Shown: positions 17,612 to 27,965, counted from the first letter of the stretch. The stretch: 42,538 nucleotides of DNA from Candidatus Pelearchaeum maunauluense (GCA_030059675.1 JANVYQ010000013.1:1-42538); one strand, 5' to 3'. Notes: generated by a model not told the origin, from the sequence alone. Program-made: numbers and translations.

Positions 17612-18871
17612 ATGAGTTTATCGGGGAGAGATTCGGTTACCCTTTACAAGTTTAGGCGCATGCTGGAGGAGTTGGAGCGGAAGCAGGGCAGGGGGACGGA
17701 GCTGGTAACGCTCTACATACCGCCTGACAAGCAGATATCCGACGTAATCTCTTATCTCAGGCAGGAATACGCAACAGCGTCCAACATCAAGTCAAAGCAG
17801 ACACGAAAGAATGTGCAGGACGCTATTGAGAGCGCCATACAGAGGCTAAAGCTCTTCCCATCACCAGGGAAGACGGGCTTGGTGATATTCAGCGGCGTAA
17901 TACCCCAGAACGGCCCTGGAACCGAGCGTCTAGAGGTTTATCATATAATACCGCCTGAGCCGATATCCATATTCCTATACAGGTGCGACAGCAGGTTTCA
18001 TGTGGAGCATCTGAAAGACCTTTTGAAGGAGAAGGATGTCTACGGCGTTATAGCGATTGATAACGAGGAAGCCGCTATAGCGGTGATTAAGGGGCGTAGC
18101 ATAGCTCAGCTAAAGACATTCACCTCTGGTGTTCCTGGGAAGCACCACGCAGGAGGCCAATCGGCGCGGCGTTTTGAGCGCCTAAGGGAGATGAGCCTAA
18201 ACGAGTTCTACAAACGCGTAGGAGAACACGCCAACGAGATTTTCCTACAATATCATGGGATTAAGGGGATAATAATAGCTGGCCCTGGGCCTACGAAGGA
18301 GATATTCGCTGACGGGGATTATCTCCACTATACTCTCAGGGATAAGATACATATCGTTGATACGGCTTATTCGGGTGAGAGCGGCGTACGCGAGGCTATA
18401 GCTAAGTCTTCAGAGTTTCTACGCGAGCTTAGGCTTGTTGAGGAGCAGAAGCTCATACAGCAGCTTATGTACGAGGTTACGCGGCCAGATAGCCGCGCGG
18501 TGTATGGCGAGAAGTATGTCCGCGAGGCTCTTAGGAAGAATATGCTGGAGAAGCTCTTCATAATTGAAGATTTGGATAAAAACGAGGTAACGCTGACATG
18601 CCAGAACTGCGGCAACACCAGCATCTTCACACTTAGCCAGGAGGAGATGCAGTCCGAGCTTCCCAAGAGGCTTGGGGAGCCGTGCCCCAAATGTAATAAC
18701 TCTACTATGACGATTAAGGAGATTAAGCCGCTTATAGATGTGCTCATCTCGGAAGCGGAGAACATGGGGACGCGTATTGAGCTAATCTCCTCGGAGCATG
18801 AGCAGGGCGAGATGTTTAAGAGAGCGTTCCAGGGGATAGCTGGTCTTCTCCGCCATCGGGGAGGAAACTAG
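17612..18871 (+). CDS. prf1: Peptide chain release factor aRF1
   Basis: GTELVTLYIP, TASNIKS, YRCDSRF and GGQS; CxxC...CxxC in the C domain; ATG at 17612 is the likely start. Confidence 0.95.
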   Translation: MSLSGRDSVTLYKFRRMLEELERKQGRGTELVTLYIPPDKQISDVISYLRQEYATASNIKSKQTRKNVQDAIESAIQRLKLFPSPGKTGLVIFSGVIPQNGPGTERLEVYHIIPPEPISIFLYRCDSRFHVEHLKDLLKEKDVYGVIAIDNEEAAIAVIKGRSIAQLKTFTSGVPGKHHAGGQSARRFERLREMSLNEFYKRVGEHANEIFLQYHGIKGIIIAGPGPTKEIFADGDYLHYTLRDKIHIVDTAYSGESGVREAIAKSSEFLRELRLVEEQKLIQQLMYEVTRPDSRAVYGEKYVREALRKNMLEKLFIIEDLDKNEVTLTCQNCGNTSIFTLSQEEMQSELPKRLGEPCPKCNNSTMTIKEIKPLIDVLISEAENMGTRIELISSEHEQGEMFKRAFQGIAGLLRHRGGN

Positions 18872-18875
18872 CTGT

Positions 18876-19772
18876 ATGGATAAGGCGGCTCTGCTGGGCC
18901 ATTACAGCAGGCCAGATGTGATGGAGAGCATCATAGCATTCTCACGCGGTAGGTGGCTAGCCCTACACTGCGCGGAGCGCGGCAGCGATGGAAAACCAAA
19001 AATGGTTAGATACGAGCCTAATGGCAGAACACCACTAAAAATAAGCAACACGGAAGACTTTAGACGCGTGCTGCTCAGCTGCGACACGCCACGAACATTC
19101 TACGCCTCTATACATAGATACTCTCTGCTGGAGAGGGCTGAGGATGTGCGGGACATGGATAACATAATATCCACTATGCCCACATGGGATATAGACCCTG
19201 TTGATGGATGTTGGGAGGATGTTGTAAGGGCTGCCGTGAGTTTGGTTGGTGTTTTGGAGGAGCTGGGGGTTTCGCGCTCGGTTATTGTGAAGTGGAGCGG
19301 CGAGGGCGCTCATATCCATATACACGGCGAGGCGTTCTCCGAGGATGTTAGGAGGAGATTCCATCCACTAGATATAGCATACGCGGCAACCGAGTATGTC
19401 TTACATAGGGCTGGTGAAATTCCCCTAGGTGTGAAGGTAGAGAATAAGATTGACCCCCAGCGGGTATTCACCTGCCCGCTCTCCCTGCATAGAGAGCTTA
19501 ACCGCGTATGTGTATGCATAAACCCCAGCGAGCTATACTCGTTCAGCGTGGAATGGACTAGCCCAGAAAACTACCGCCATTATCAAGGCTGGCAGGAATA
19601 CGTGGATGGGGAGGCCGACGAGCTGGCCGAGAAAGCGCTACAAGCCATAGGCCCATACCCGCACCACGCGAGACGGAGGCAGCGGCGAAGGCATCCGCCA
19701 CTAGACCAACACATAACAAGAACCCTGCAAAAACTATCAGGAATCGCTGAAGATGATGAAGGAGCTGGGTAG
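18876..19772 (+). CDS. Archaeo-eukaryotic primase (AEP) superfamily protein, stand-alone primase-polymerase-like
   Basis: Motif I WDID, motif II KWSGEGAHIH, motif III region KID..RVF..PLSLH. Confidence 0.65.
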   Translation: MDKAALLGHYSRPDVMESIIAFSRGRWLALHCAERGSDGKPKMVRYEPNGRTPLKISNTEDFRRVLLSCDTPRTFYASIHRYSLLERAEDVRDMDNIISTMPTWDIDPVDGCWEDVVRAAVSLVGVLEELGVSRSVIVKWSGEGAHIHIHGEAFSEDVRRRFHPLDIAYAATEYVLHRAGEIPLGVKVENKIDPQRVFTCPLSLHRELNRVCVCINPSELYSFSVEWTSPENYRHYQGWQEYVDGEADELAEKALQAIGPYPHHARRRQRRRHPPLDQHITRTLQKLSGIAEDDEGAG

Positions 19773-19781
19773 AAACTAGGG

Positions 19782-20981
19782 CTATGTCTCCAGCCCGAAT
19801 TTCGTCTCCCACATCTGTTGCGCCAGCTTCCCCTCGCGGGTGAATAGGTGATATTTTTCCCGCGCCTCCTCCCGCGCCTCCTGATGCCTCTCCAAGAACT
19901 TAACAACCTTCTCTATCAGTATCTCCTTCATCTCACCGCTCAGCAGCTTACCGCTCATATAGTCCTGGCGTAGCTGCTCCACCTTCTTGTCGTCTTCCTC
20001 AAAGAAGTAGTATAGCCACTGGTACGCCACGTCCACGTCTGGGTTTCCACCGTATTTGCGGTGTAGCTCTACCGTGGGCTGCCCACCTGAGAACGCTTGC
20101 CATATCTTCTTCCTCACGCTCTTAGCATCATCATTTAGGAAGATTGCCGTCTCGCGCTGCGATGCGCTCATCTTACCCTCAGGCCCGCTCAGCGGCATCA
20201 GGAACTTACTATGTATAGCGGCCGTCTTGAAGTAGCCTAGGCTCTCAGCTATGTCGCGCTGAACACGCCAGTACGGGTCTTGGTCTATCGCAGCGGGTAT
20301 GAGGCAGCGCCTCCTCTCAAAGAACGCTGGGACTATCTGGATGGCTGGGTAGAATATCATGCCGATGTTCGTCTGGTGGTCAAAGCCGAAGACAGCCCTA
20401 ACCCAGCTAAAATTCACCTTCCGCGCAACCCTGATGGCGAGAGGATACATATTCCCGATGAAGTCAACATCCTGGAAGATGAAAGTCCTGTCTGGGTCAA
20501 AGCCAACAGCTATGATATCCAGTATATTCTCATAAGACCAGCGCCGCGTTTCCTCAAGCGTCAGGCCACGCTTCTCCTCCAAGAACTTCTCGTCATCAGT
20601 TATCTGGATGTATAGGTTGACTTTGAAGCGTTCCTGTAGCCATTTGGTAAAGTGGAAGGGAATTATATGCCCTATGTGCATGGGGCCGCTCGGCCCCCTG
20701 CCCGTGTATAGGAAGAACCCCCTCCCAGCCTCGTAGTCGTCTAGGGCATGGTTTAGGTCGCGGTGGGAGAAGAATATTCTACGCCGCAGCATGTGGTTGC
20801 TTCCGCCCGCCAGGCTCACCAACCGCTGGAGAAGCTCGTCGGTTATCAGCTCCGTCCCAAACTCCTTGACAAGCCGCTCATAATCTACCTGGCCCCTAAC
20901 CTCCCAGGGGGTTACGGTAAAGTCTGTTTCTTGTTTATTGTTTTTGGGCTGTCCAAAGAGAGCCACCTGCCATGCCCTCAC
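19782..20981 (-). CDS. trpS: Tryptophan--tRNA ligase (archaeal/eukaryal type)
   Basis: VTPWEV, LYTGRGPS, HIGH, AIDQDPYWR and KMSAS. Confidence 0.95.
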   Translation of the reverse strand: MRAWQVALFGQPKNNKQETDFTVTPWEVRGQVDYERLVKEFGTELITDELLQRLVSLAGGSNHMLRRRIFFSHRDLNHALDDYEAGRGFFLYTGRGPSGPMHIGHIIPFHFTKWLQERFKVNLYIQITDDEKFLEEKRGLTLEETRRWSYENILDIIAVGFDPDRTFIFQDVDFIGNMYPLAIRVARKVNFSWVRAVFGFDHQTNIGMIFYPAIQIVPAFFERRRCLIPAAIDQDPYWRVQRDIAESLGYFKTAAIHSKFLMPLSGPEGKMSASQRETAIFLNDDAKSVRKKIWQAFSGGQPTVELHRKYGGNPDVDVAYQWLYYFFEEDDKKVEQLRQDYMSGKLLSGEMKEILIEKVVKFLERHQEAREEAREKYHLFTREGKLAQQMWETKFGLET

Positions 20982-21050
20982 CTACCTCTGGCCATCGGGC
21001 TCTGTGTGCGGTTCTTAAAAACGTTTCTAGACGATGGAGGAGACTGATAG

Positions 21051-21437
21051 CTATCGCTCCTCAACCGCCACGCCCTGCTCTCTGAGCAGCTCCAAGACCC
21101 TTTCCAGATGCTCATCCCTGACTAGTATGTGGTCTGTTGAGTAGGATGAGAAGACGAGTATGGGGATTCTCTTCTCTGCCAACATACCCGCGACGCAGGC
21201 TAGGAATCCCACGGTCTCAAACGGGATTACCGCGTCAAACGTCAGGACACGCCAGCCGAGGCTTGCTTCTATAACACTCCCCTCGTCTTATCTAGACTGC
21301 TCAACCACTACGGTTATCTCCCTCTTATCAACTATGTTGGCCAGCGCCTATGGGTGCGGCTTCCTAGATTTTATCACCGCGAACCTCTCCCGCCAGACAT
21401 ACGCCCTAGCATCGCCGAGATAGCTGCTCAGCCCCAC
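21051..21437 (-). pseudogene. ACT-domain protein (COG3603/ACT_7-like) with two in-frame stops
   Basis: One frame from GTG at 21437: ...KPHP*ALANIVDKREITVVVEQSR*DEG...GWRVLTFDAVIPFETVGFLA...SSYSTDHILV. TAG at 21348-21350, TAA at 21288-21290. Confidence 0.8.
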
Positions 21438-21463
21438 ATAATCTTGAGAGGCTCCAGGAAATA

Positions 21464-22387
21464 TTATCCTTGTCTCAGCGTTTCGTAGAGCATCTGCTTA
21501 AAGAGGATGGAATTCGCCTCGCGGCAGATTATCGTATTCGGCTCACGGTGCTTCATGACTACTGACGTGCCTCGCATTATGGTGTCTGCCCTGTCTATAA
21601 CCATGAGCATCTCCTCCTTGCGTGTTATTATCTCTGGGTTTAGGGCTGCCGCCACTGTTAGCGGGTCTGGGAGGTAGATTCCTGGGAAGCCCTGTGTCTT
21701 TGTGAAGCTGAGGAGCTGCCGCGTTATCTTCGTGAAGAACTCCGCGGCCTCAGTCTTCCACCCTCCCACAGCGCTAACCTCCTCCTCATAAAGGCCACCA
21801 TGCCGAACAACCACATCCCAGCCCACTACCAAGGGCTTAAAGCCAGACTGCAACACGATATGCGCGGCCTCAGGGTCAACCCAGAAGTTATACTCAGCGG
21901 TGGGCGTTACGTTCCCCAAGCATGTGGGAGAGCCTCCCATTACGTAGAGCTGCCGTATCTTCTTGGGCAGCTCCTCGTCTAGGCGTAGGGCCAGCGCTAT
22001 GTTGGTGAGCGGCCCTAGGGCTATTAGCGTATACTCTCCTGGGCTTGAGTTGGCCAGCTCCACTATCGCCTGTGCCGCGTGCTTGTTTTCTGGCTGTATT
22101 GTGGGCTGGGGTAGCTGGCTATTACCCATGCCGTCGAGTCCATGAACCTCGTGGGCGTAGCGCCACGTCTTCACCAGTGGGCGGCGGCACCCAGGATAGA
22201 CTGGCACCCTACCCCTGGAGAAGCGCTCAACAACATACAAAGCATTTCTAACCTCATGCTCAAACTCCACATTACCAGCAACCACTGTCACCGCATCAAC
22301 CCTAGCCTCGCGGCTCCTCAAAGCCATCAACAGAGCCACCGCATCATCACTCGCAGTATCAGTATCTATTATGAGCTTAAGCAACAC
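21464..22387 (-). CDS. Nucleoside hydrolase (IU-NH family)
   Basis: DTDTASDDA, VHGLDGMG, LGPLTNIA and AEYNFWVDPEAA. Confidence 0.92.
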   Translation of the reverse strand: MLLKLIIDTDTASDDAVALLMALRSREARVDAVTVVAGNVEFEHEVRNALYVVERFSRGRVPVYPGCRRPLVKTWRYAHEVHGLDGMGNSQLPQPTIQPENKHAAQAIVELANSSPGEYTLIALGPLTNIALALRLDEELPKKIRQLYVMGGSPTCLGNVTPTAEYNFWVDPEAAHIVLQSGFKPLVVGWDVVVRHGGLYEEEVSAVGGWKTEAAEFFTKITRQLLSFTKTQGFPGIYLPDPLTVAAALNPEIITRKEEMLMVIDRADTIMRGTSVVMKHREPNTIICREANSILFKQMLYETLRQG

Positions 22388-22508
22388 CGCACCACCATCA
22401 CACTCTCCTAACTATAGTAATGAATATTTTGTCTAGGGGGAGAGTAGCCATGCTAGATAGCTGCTTATATACAGCCTCCTATTAAAAACTGTTGGAGAGG
22501 ATTCTATC

Positions 22509-22730
22509 TTGTCGGAGGAGCTTCCTGAGATGCTTAAGATTATGCTTGAGCTGCGTAAGGAGATGAAAAGGCCAGAGAAGAGGATAGGCTACATGCGTTT
22601 GAAGAGGTTTGTGGGCGAGATGCATGGCTACGAGGATAAAACGAAGAACGCTCAACTTGAGAACGCGGCTGTTGTAAATACGGGATTTGAGTCATCTGCA
22701 AGGGAATCCGTAATGCCAGAAGTCTGGTAA
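22509..22730 (+). CDS. Short hypothetical protein or gene relic
   Basis: Charged helical ORF with GAGG upstream; no recognisable motif. Confidence 0.3.
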   Translation: MSEELPEMLKIMLELRKEMKRPEKRIGYMRLKRFVGEMHGYEDKTKNAQLENAAVVNTGFESSARESVMPEVW

Positions 22731-22823
22731 GATTCTTAGAAAAGGCGAATATTTTCCAGTTAAGCCTCTTAAGACAATCATAAAAGGGAGCTATGCTCTT
22801 TCTGGCTGGTAGATGAGAGAGGG

Positions 22824-23255
22824 ATGAGTAGCGCCATAGTCAGTAAGCGTTTCTCGGATGAGTTCTCGGCGCTCCTTGACAGAACCGTCAAGGTGGCGAC
22901 TAGTCACGGAACTTACGAGGGCCGCTTGTTGGCTTACAACCCAAGCGATTATAGTGTGTGGCTCTCCGACGCCAGGGACGAGAGGGGCGGGAGCCTTCCA
23001 AAGGTCTTCATCAACGGCCAGAGCATATCAAGGATAGAGCTTCTTGAGGCGGGGCCAGACATGATGAAGCTCGTTGAGCGTCTCAACAGGCTCTTCCCAA
23101 ACCTAGTTACATACCTTAGGGAGAGCGATACCATCCTCGTGATGGATAGGATTCGCGTCACGCGGAGCGGCGTGGTTGGCGAGGGGCCTGCGGCTGAGAA
23201 GGTTAAGCGGGTTTATGAGGAGTTTATGAAGGAGGAGGAGGCGAAGAAGGGCTGA
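22824..23255 (+). CDS. Augmented Sm-like protein (SmAP3 type: Sm domain plus C-terminal domain)
   Basis: Sm fold (YEGRLLAYN..SVWLSDA, KVFING..ISRI) followed by a C-terminal domain (LFPNLV...ILVMDRIRVT..GV.G.GPAAEKV). Confidence 0.82.
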   Translation: MSSAIVSKRFSDEFSALLDRTVKVATSHGTYEGRLLAYNPSDYSVWLSDARDERGGSLPKVFINGQSISRIELLEAGPDMMKLVERLNRLFPNLVTYLRESDTILVMDRIRVTRSGVVGEGPAAEKVKRVYEEFMKEEEAKKG

Positions 23256-23362
23256 AGACAGGCTTCCGACAGCCGTCATACGCGCATACAGTAGCAGCAG
23301 GGCTATTCTAGTCCCTTTATGAATAAATTCTGCTTTCACAGCTTGAAGAGGGCGAGGACTGT

Positions 23363-23998
23363 ATGTCTGAGGCTTTCCGAAAGGCTCTGAACCACATACA
23401 GGAGCAGAAGAAGAAAGGAGTTGAGGATGTGGTTATTCAGGAGAAGCTTCCAGAGTTTAGGGATGGCGCATTCGTGGTTAACCGCTACATACCATCAAAC
23501 CCGCCCCTGCTGGGGATGGCCGCGAAAGACCTCAAGCTGGACATTAACAGGGAGAGTCTACGCCTCGTGGAGAAGTTCGCGAAGAGGAGGGGGCTTACGA
23601 TGAAGGTCTCTGGCGATGATATATTCCTGGTGAATAAGGAGGGCGCGCAGGTTGCGTGGCTTAAGCGCGACACCTATGCGGCGGCCGATCCAGAGTTGTT
23701 CCAGGATATTGGGAAGGTGCTTTACAGGGTTTCGCCTGACCTGCTTAGCGAGCTGGAGCTTATGGATGGATGGCAGGCCGCGGTTGCGCGCCTGCTGGCC
23801 GACCGCCGCCTCCTAGACAAGCTCTTCGTCGCAATCTTCTTCCTAATCTCACCTTTCCTCTGGACTACTCTTGCTCTCTTCCTAACCCCATCGCTGGCGT
23901 TTCCGCGCGAGTTCCTGATAGGCGCTGGCGTTGTAGGGCTTGCGCTAACCGCGTACCTCGTGAGGCTATACCTGCGCGAAAACTTCCCAAAAGGATAG
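23363..23998 (+). CDS. Hypothetical membrane protein with two C-terminal TM helices
   Basis: Long ORF with plausible codon usage and two hydrophobic segments near the C-terminus. Confidence 0.7.
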   Translation: MSEAFRKALNHIQEQKKKGVEDVVIQEKLPEFRDGAFVVNRYIPSNPPLLGMAAKDLKLDINRESLRLVEKFAKRRGLTMKVSGDDIFLVNKEGAQVAWLKRDTYAAADPELFQDIGKVLYRVSPDLLSELELMDGWQAAVARLLADRRLLDKLFVAIFFLISPFLWTTLALFLTPSLAFPREFLIGAGVVGLALTAYLVRLYLRENFPKG

Positions 23999-23999
23999 T

Positions 24000-24620
24000 C
24001 TAGGGAGCGTATCCCAGCGCGGCCTTCTGGTCAAAGAGGGCTGCGCATGAGTTGCAGCATAGGTAGTATTCCCGCTCCTCTATCGTCCTCTTTATCGGGC
24101 GTCCCTCAATCTCCTTGCCGCATACTACGCAGAAGACTCTTATCCCCGCGCCTGGCTTCAGCCTAGGCCCAGGCTCGTCTTTGAGCACGCCTACGACGAT
24201 GTTCGTCCTTATTCCCTGTATCCCGTTGAGGGTTGAGAGCTTCTTGGCTATGAAGTCATCCAGCTCGGCGTAGCTTTGGACTGAGAGTCTCACCAGTAGG
24301 TCGTGCTCGCCTACTGTGCGGTAGACGCCCAGAACCTCCTCGGTGTTCTTCAGCTTCTCCGCAATAGCCGCGAGGTCTGCTGGCTTGGCGCTTATCCCGA
24401 TGAAGATGTCGTAGCCTGTTATGCGTTTGGGGTCTAGGAGTATCGTGAAGCGTTGTATCACGCCCTCCTTCACGAGCCTGTTAATCCTCTGCCTGGCTGT
24501 GGGGACGCTAACCCTAGCCTTACGCGCAAGATTGCTGAGGGAAATCCTACCATCCTCCTGGAGGATGGCGAGGATTCGGTAGTCTATCTGGTCCAGCTCC
24601 AAGGCGCCTACTTGATTCAT
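24000..24620 (-). CDS. Lrp/AsnC-family regulator with C-terminal TRASH domain (CopR-like)
   Basis: LDQIDYRILAILQEDGRIS HTH, RAM-like domain, and CVVCG...YYLCCNSC. The ORF-track extension to 24890 overlaps another gene. Confidence 0.88.
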   Translation of the reverse strand: MNQVGALELDQIDYRILAILQEDGRISLSNLARKARVSVPTARQRINRLVKEGVIQRFTILLDPKRITGYDIFIGISAKPADLAAIAEKLKNTEEVLGVYRTVGEHDLLVRLSVQSYAELDDFIAKKLSTLNGIQGIRTNIVVGVLKDEPGPRLKPGAGIRVFCVVCGKEIEGRPIKRTIEEREYYLCCNSCAALFDQKAALGYAP

Positions 24621-24643
24621 GCCCCATCTCGTATATAGCTTGT

Positions 24644-24865
24644 CTAGCAGCCCAGCATGCGCTTGAGGCGTGGCAGTAGGAGGAGCAGAGAGACGATGAA
24701 GGAGATTGTGAAGAACCATATTGAGCCTATCGCTATGTCCAGCCAGGTGTATGCCCCTACCAGCGTGGCCGCGGCTATGAATAGGGCTGTTATCGCCGTA
24801 GCAGAAGCTAGGCACGAGCCAAGCATGACTAGAGTGCGGTATGCTCTCGCCACCCCCTTCCTCAC
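24644..24865 (-). CDS. Small two-TM membrane protein in the cop operon
   Basis: GTG start overlaps the copA stop (GTGA); two hydrophobic helices. Confidence 0.65.
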   Translation of the reverse strand: MRKGVARAYRTLVMLGSCLASATAITALFIAAATLVGAYTWLDIAIGSIWFFTISFIVSLLLLLPRLKRMLGC

Positions 24866-27399
24866 CCCATCTTACGCTTAACCCTCCCAAGCGTCAGGCT
24901 GTTGAGGGTGACTGACACGCTGCTCAGAGCCATTAGTAGCGCAGCCAGCTCTGGGCTCACTATGAAGCCCGTCGCTGGGTAGAGAGCGCCAACCGCAATC
25001 GGTATAGCAGCAGCATTATACCCGAACGCCCATAGGAGGTTCTGCTTAATCTTCTGCATCGTCTTCTTGCTCAGGTGTATCGCATTAACAACGTCGCGGA
25101 GGTCGTCTTTTACGAGGACTATCTTGCCTGCCTCCATCGCTATATCCGTGCCGCTTCCTAGGGCTATTCCAACGTCAGCCTGGGTGAGCGCTGGTGCGTC
25201 GTTTATCCCGTCTCCCACGAAGCCGACCTTCTTGCCTTCCCGCTGGAGCTTCTTCACCTCCTCGGCCTTCTCGCCTGGAAGCACCTCGGCCAAGACGCGC
25301 GTTATCCCCAGCTGCCTTGCTATTGCGCGCGCAGTCCGCGCGTTGTCTCCCGTTAGCATGGCGACCTCAATACCCATGCGCTGAAGAGCCTTCACCGCCT
25401 CCGCCGAGTTCTCCTTCAGCGTGTCAGCAACAGCCACAAGCCCAAGGGCGGCGCCGTCGTAGGCTACTATCATGACCGTCTTACCCTCATCCTCCAGCTC
25501 GCGTATCTTCTCCTCCAGCTCCGCCACATCCACGTTATACCTCTCCATCAGCTTCCTATTGCCCAGCAGTATCGTCTTCCCACCATAGGTTGCGCGCACG
25601 CCATGTCCTGGGATTGCCTCAAAGTCCTCTGGTTCTGGTACCTCAAGCCCAAGCTCCTTCGCGCGCCGCACTATAGCTTGCGCCAGTGGGTGCTCTGAGC
25701 GTGTCTCCGCTATCGCCGCTATGAGCAGTAGGTCGCGCTCGTCCTCAATTGGTCGCGGGTTGGCCAGCATCTTGATAGCTGGCTTCCGCAACACCAAGTC
25801 GGTTACAGAGGGCTTGCCGCGTGTTAGTGTCCCAGTCTTGTCAAAGATTATCACGTCCAGCTTGTGGCATATCTCCAGAGCCGCTCCGTCACGTATGAGT
25901 ATCCCGTTCTCCGCGGCTTTTCCCGTCCCGACCATCACCGCCGCTGGCGTGGCGATGCCTACAGCGCAGGGGCAGGCTATGACGAGTATTGAGATTGCTA
26001 TTATGAGGGCGAAGATTCCAGCAGTTAAGTCTGGGGCTACGATTCTCCAGAACCCTGCCCACATCTCGCCGCCGCGTGGTATGAAGTAGAGCTGGTAGCC
26101 TGCGAAGAACCAGAATGCGAAAGCCAGCATGGAGATTATGAGCGAGGCTGTTACGAAGTGGCCTGCAACCCAGTCAGCCAGCCTCTGTATCGGGAGCTTC
26201 GTCTGCTGGACCTGCTCCACCAGCTTAACTATCTGCGCCAGCGCCGTGTCCTTCCCGACCTTCGTAGCCCTAACCTTCAGGAACCCTGTCTTATTCACCG
26301 TAGCGCCTATAACCTCGTCCCCAACCTTCTTATCAACGGGGATGCTCTCGCCAGTAATCATGGACTGGTCAACAGATGAGTAGCCCTCTATCACCACACC
26401 ATCCACGGGGACTTTCTCCCCAGGTCTTACGAGGACTGTATCGCCTATCTGCACCTCGTCCGCTGGTATCTCTATCTCCTCGCCGTCCCTTATTACGCGT
26501 GCCGTCTGCGGCTTTAGCGCCATCAGCCTTCTAACGGCCTCGGATGCTCTCCCGCGTACTAGTGTCTCCATCAGCCTACCCAGCACTATGAACGCAACAA
26601 GAAGCGCGGCTGTCTCCAACCATGTTGGGAGGCCTGGGGCTAGTGGGTAGAACGCGTGAACGGAGCTGAAGATGTACGCGGCGCCTATTCCAACAGCGTA
26701 GAGAAGGTTCATGTCAGCCGCCCCGTGCATGAGGCTGCGGGCAGACCTGATGAAGAACTGCCTCGCTGGGCCAGCGACGGCTATCGTTGTGAGTATGAAG
26801 AGGAGCAGCGGGCTCTCCAGGAACTCTGGCAGTGGTATGTATTGGACGATGTATTTCCTGAACTCTCCTAGAACTACCAGCGCCGCTATCGGCGTGGCTA
26901 TTGCCAGGTTAATCATCTGGCTACGTATCTCGCGCTGCCTCTCCTGCTTCTCGCGCTCCGCCGCCGTCTCCGCTGACACCGCCTCGCTGGCCTCGTAGCC
27001 TATGCTCTTAACCGCCTTGATGAGCGCCTGCTTACTGGTGTCGGGGAGAGCATTTACGACAGCCTTCCCAGTCATGAGATTAACCGAGACATCTACAACG
27101 CCCTCAACCTCCTTCAGAGCGTTCTCAACCTTCTGAACACACGAAGCACAGTGCATACCGCGTATGCTCAGCGTTATCTGGTCTTTGAGAACCCTATACC
27201 CTATGTCGTTAATGGCCTTCTCCATATCAGCCAGGCTCACGCGCGTCGGGTCATACTCAACCGACGCCCGCGAAGCAGCGAAGTTAACGCTCACGCTGTG
27301 CACGCCGTCTAGGCTCATGAGCATACTCTCTACGCTCTGCGCACACGAGGCGCAGTGCATACCACCAATCTGAAGAACAACCTTACGATGCTGAGCCAA
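24862..27399 (-). CDS. copA: Cu(I)-translocating P1B ATPase with two HMA domains
   Basis: GMHCASC twice, [28 protein letters not shown], and the YN and MALSS membrane motifs. Confidence 0.95.
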   Translation of the reverse strand: MAQHRKVVLQIGGMHCASCAQSVESMLMSLDGVHSVSVNFAASRASVEYDPTRVSLADMEKAINDIGYRVLKDQITLSIRGMHCASCVQKVENALKEVEGVVDVSVNLMTGKAVVNALPDTSKQALIKAVKSIGYEASEAVSAETAAEREKQERQREIRSQMINLAIATPIAALVVLGEFRKYIVQYIPLPEFLESPLLLFILTTIAVAGPARQFFIRSARSLMHGAADMNLLYAVGIGAAYIFSSVHAFYPLAPGLPTWLETAALLVAFIVLGRLMETLVRGRASEAVRRLMALKPQTARVIRDGEEIEIPADEVQIGDTVLVRPGEKVPVDGVVIEGYSSVDQSMITGESIPVDKKVGDEVIGATVNKTGFLKVRATKVGKDTALAQIVKLVEQVQQTKLPIQRLADWVAGHFVTASLIISMLAFAFWFFAGYQLYFIPRGGEMWAGFWRIVAPDLTAGIFALIIAISILVIACPCAVGIATPAAVMVGTGKAAENGILIRDGAALEICHKLDVIIFDKTGTLTRGKPSVTDLVLRKPAIKMLANPRPIEDERDLLLIAAIAETRSEHPLAQAIVRRAKELGLEVPEPEDFEAIPGHGVRATYGGKTILLGNRKLMERYNVDVAELEEKIRELEDEGKTVMIVAYDGAALGLVAVADTLKENSAEAVKALQRMGIEVAMLTGDNARTARAIARQLGITRVLAEVLPGEKAEEVKKLQREGKKVGFVGDGINDAPALTQADVGIALGSGTDIAMEAGKIVLVKDDLRDVVNAIHLSKKTMQKIKQNLLWAFGYNAAAIPIAVGALYPATGFIVSPELAALLMALSSVSVTLNSLTLGRVKRKMG

Positions 27400-27455
27400 T
27401 CAACATCACCTCCAATACGTGATTAACAAAAATAATGGAGAGGGGCTGGAGCACG

Positions 27456-27623
27456 TTAATGGCGGCGCCCCTCCTTCATGTATTTTGTGGGGTCTTTCTC
27501 AAACTTCCTCTTACATCCCTCGGCGCAGAAGTAGTAGACCTTCCCGCCGTGCTCCAACTTGTACTTAGCGGTTGCAGGGTCAACCTTCATACCGCAAACA
27601 GGGTCTATTGCTTTCTCAGCCAT
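27456..27623 (-). CDS. YHS/TRASH-domain metallochaperone (55 aa)
   Basis: MAEKAIDPVCGMKVDPATAKYKLEHGGKVYYFCAEGCKRKFEKDPTKYMKEGRRH*; below the ORF-track cutoff; directly upstream of copA. Confidence 0.9.
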   Translation of the reverse strand: MAEKAIDPVCGMKVDPATAKYKLEHGGKVYYFCAEGCKRKFEKDPTKYMKEGRRH

Positions 27624-27650
27624 ATCGCATCAACCAATAGAGGCTGTTGC

Positions 27651-27741
27651 TGAAATTTCAACATTCACATACTAAGACGGAAAGGAATTAGAGGTTAATC
27701 TTTCTGAAAGAGAAAAACCGTATCAGAAAACCGTATCAGAA
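27651..27741. promoter_or_regulatory. Candidate cop operator region
   Basis: Palindromes TGAAATTTCA (27651-27660) and CTTTCTGAAAG (27700-27710); tandem 13-mer AAAACCGTATCAG x2 (27714-27739) upstream of the YHS gene. Confidence 0.4.
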
Positions 27742-27965
27742 GAGTATTTCATTATATTAGATAAGGAAAAGAGATTGGGCGGCTCTTTCTAAATCGGAAA
27801 CCATGAAGACTACCCCTCTCCCCCTTTTGGGTAGATGCGTGGTGTTCGTGAGAAAATGGGGGGAAAGGGTTAGGGCGTCTATACGCTCCTATAATTCTCC
27901 GCATGGCTCTTGGTGGTTTTGTGAAAACCCTTTAATGATGCGCTGCGTGCTATGGCGCGCTCTAC

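Noticed and set aside
24621-24890. N-terminal extension of the Lrp/TRASH regulator in the ORF track
   Set aside because: It overlaps copA and the 73-aa membrane gene; recognisable homology starts at LDQID.
27435-27653. 72-aa plus-strand ORF
   Set aside because: It is the antisense shadow of the YHS chaperone gene.
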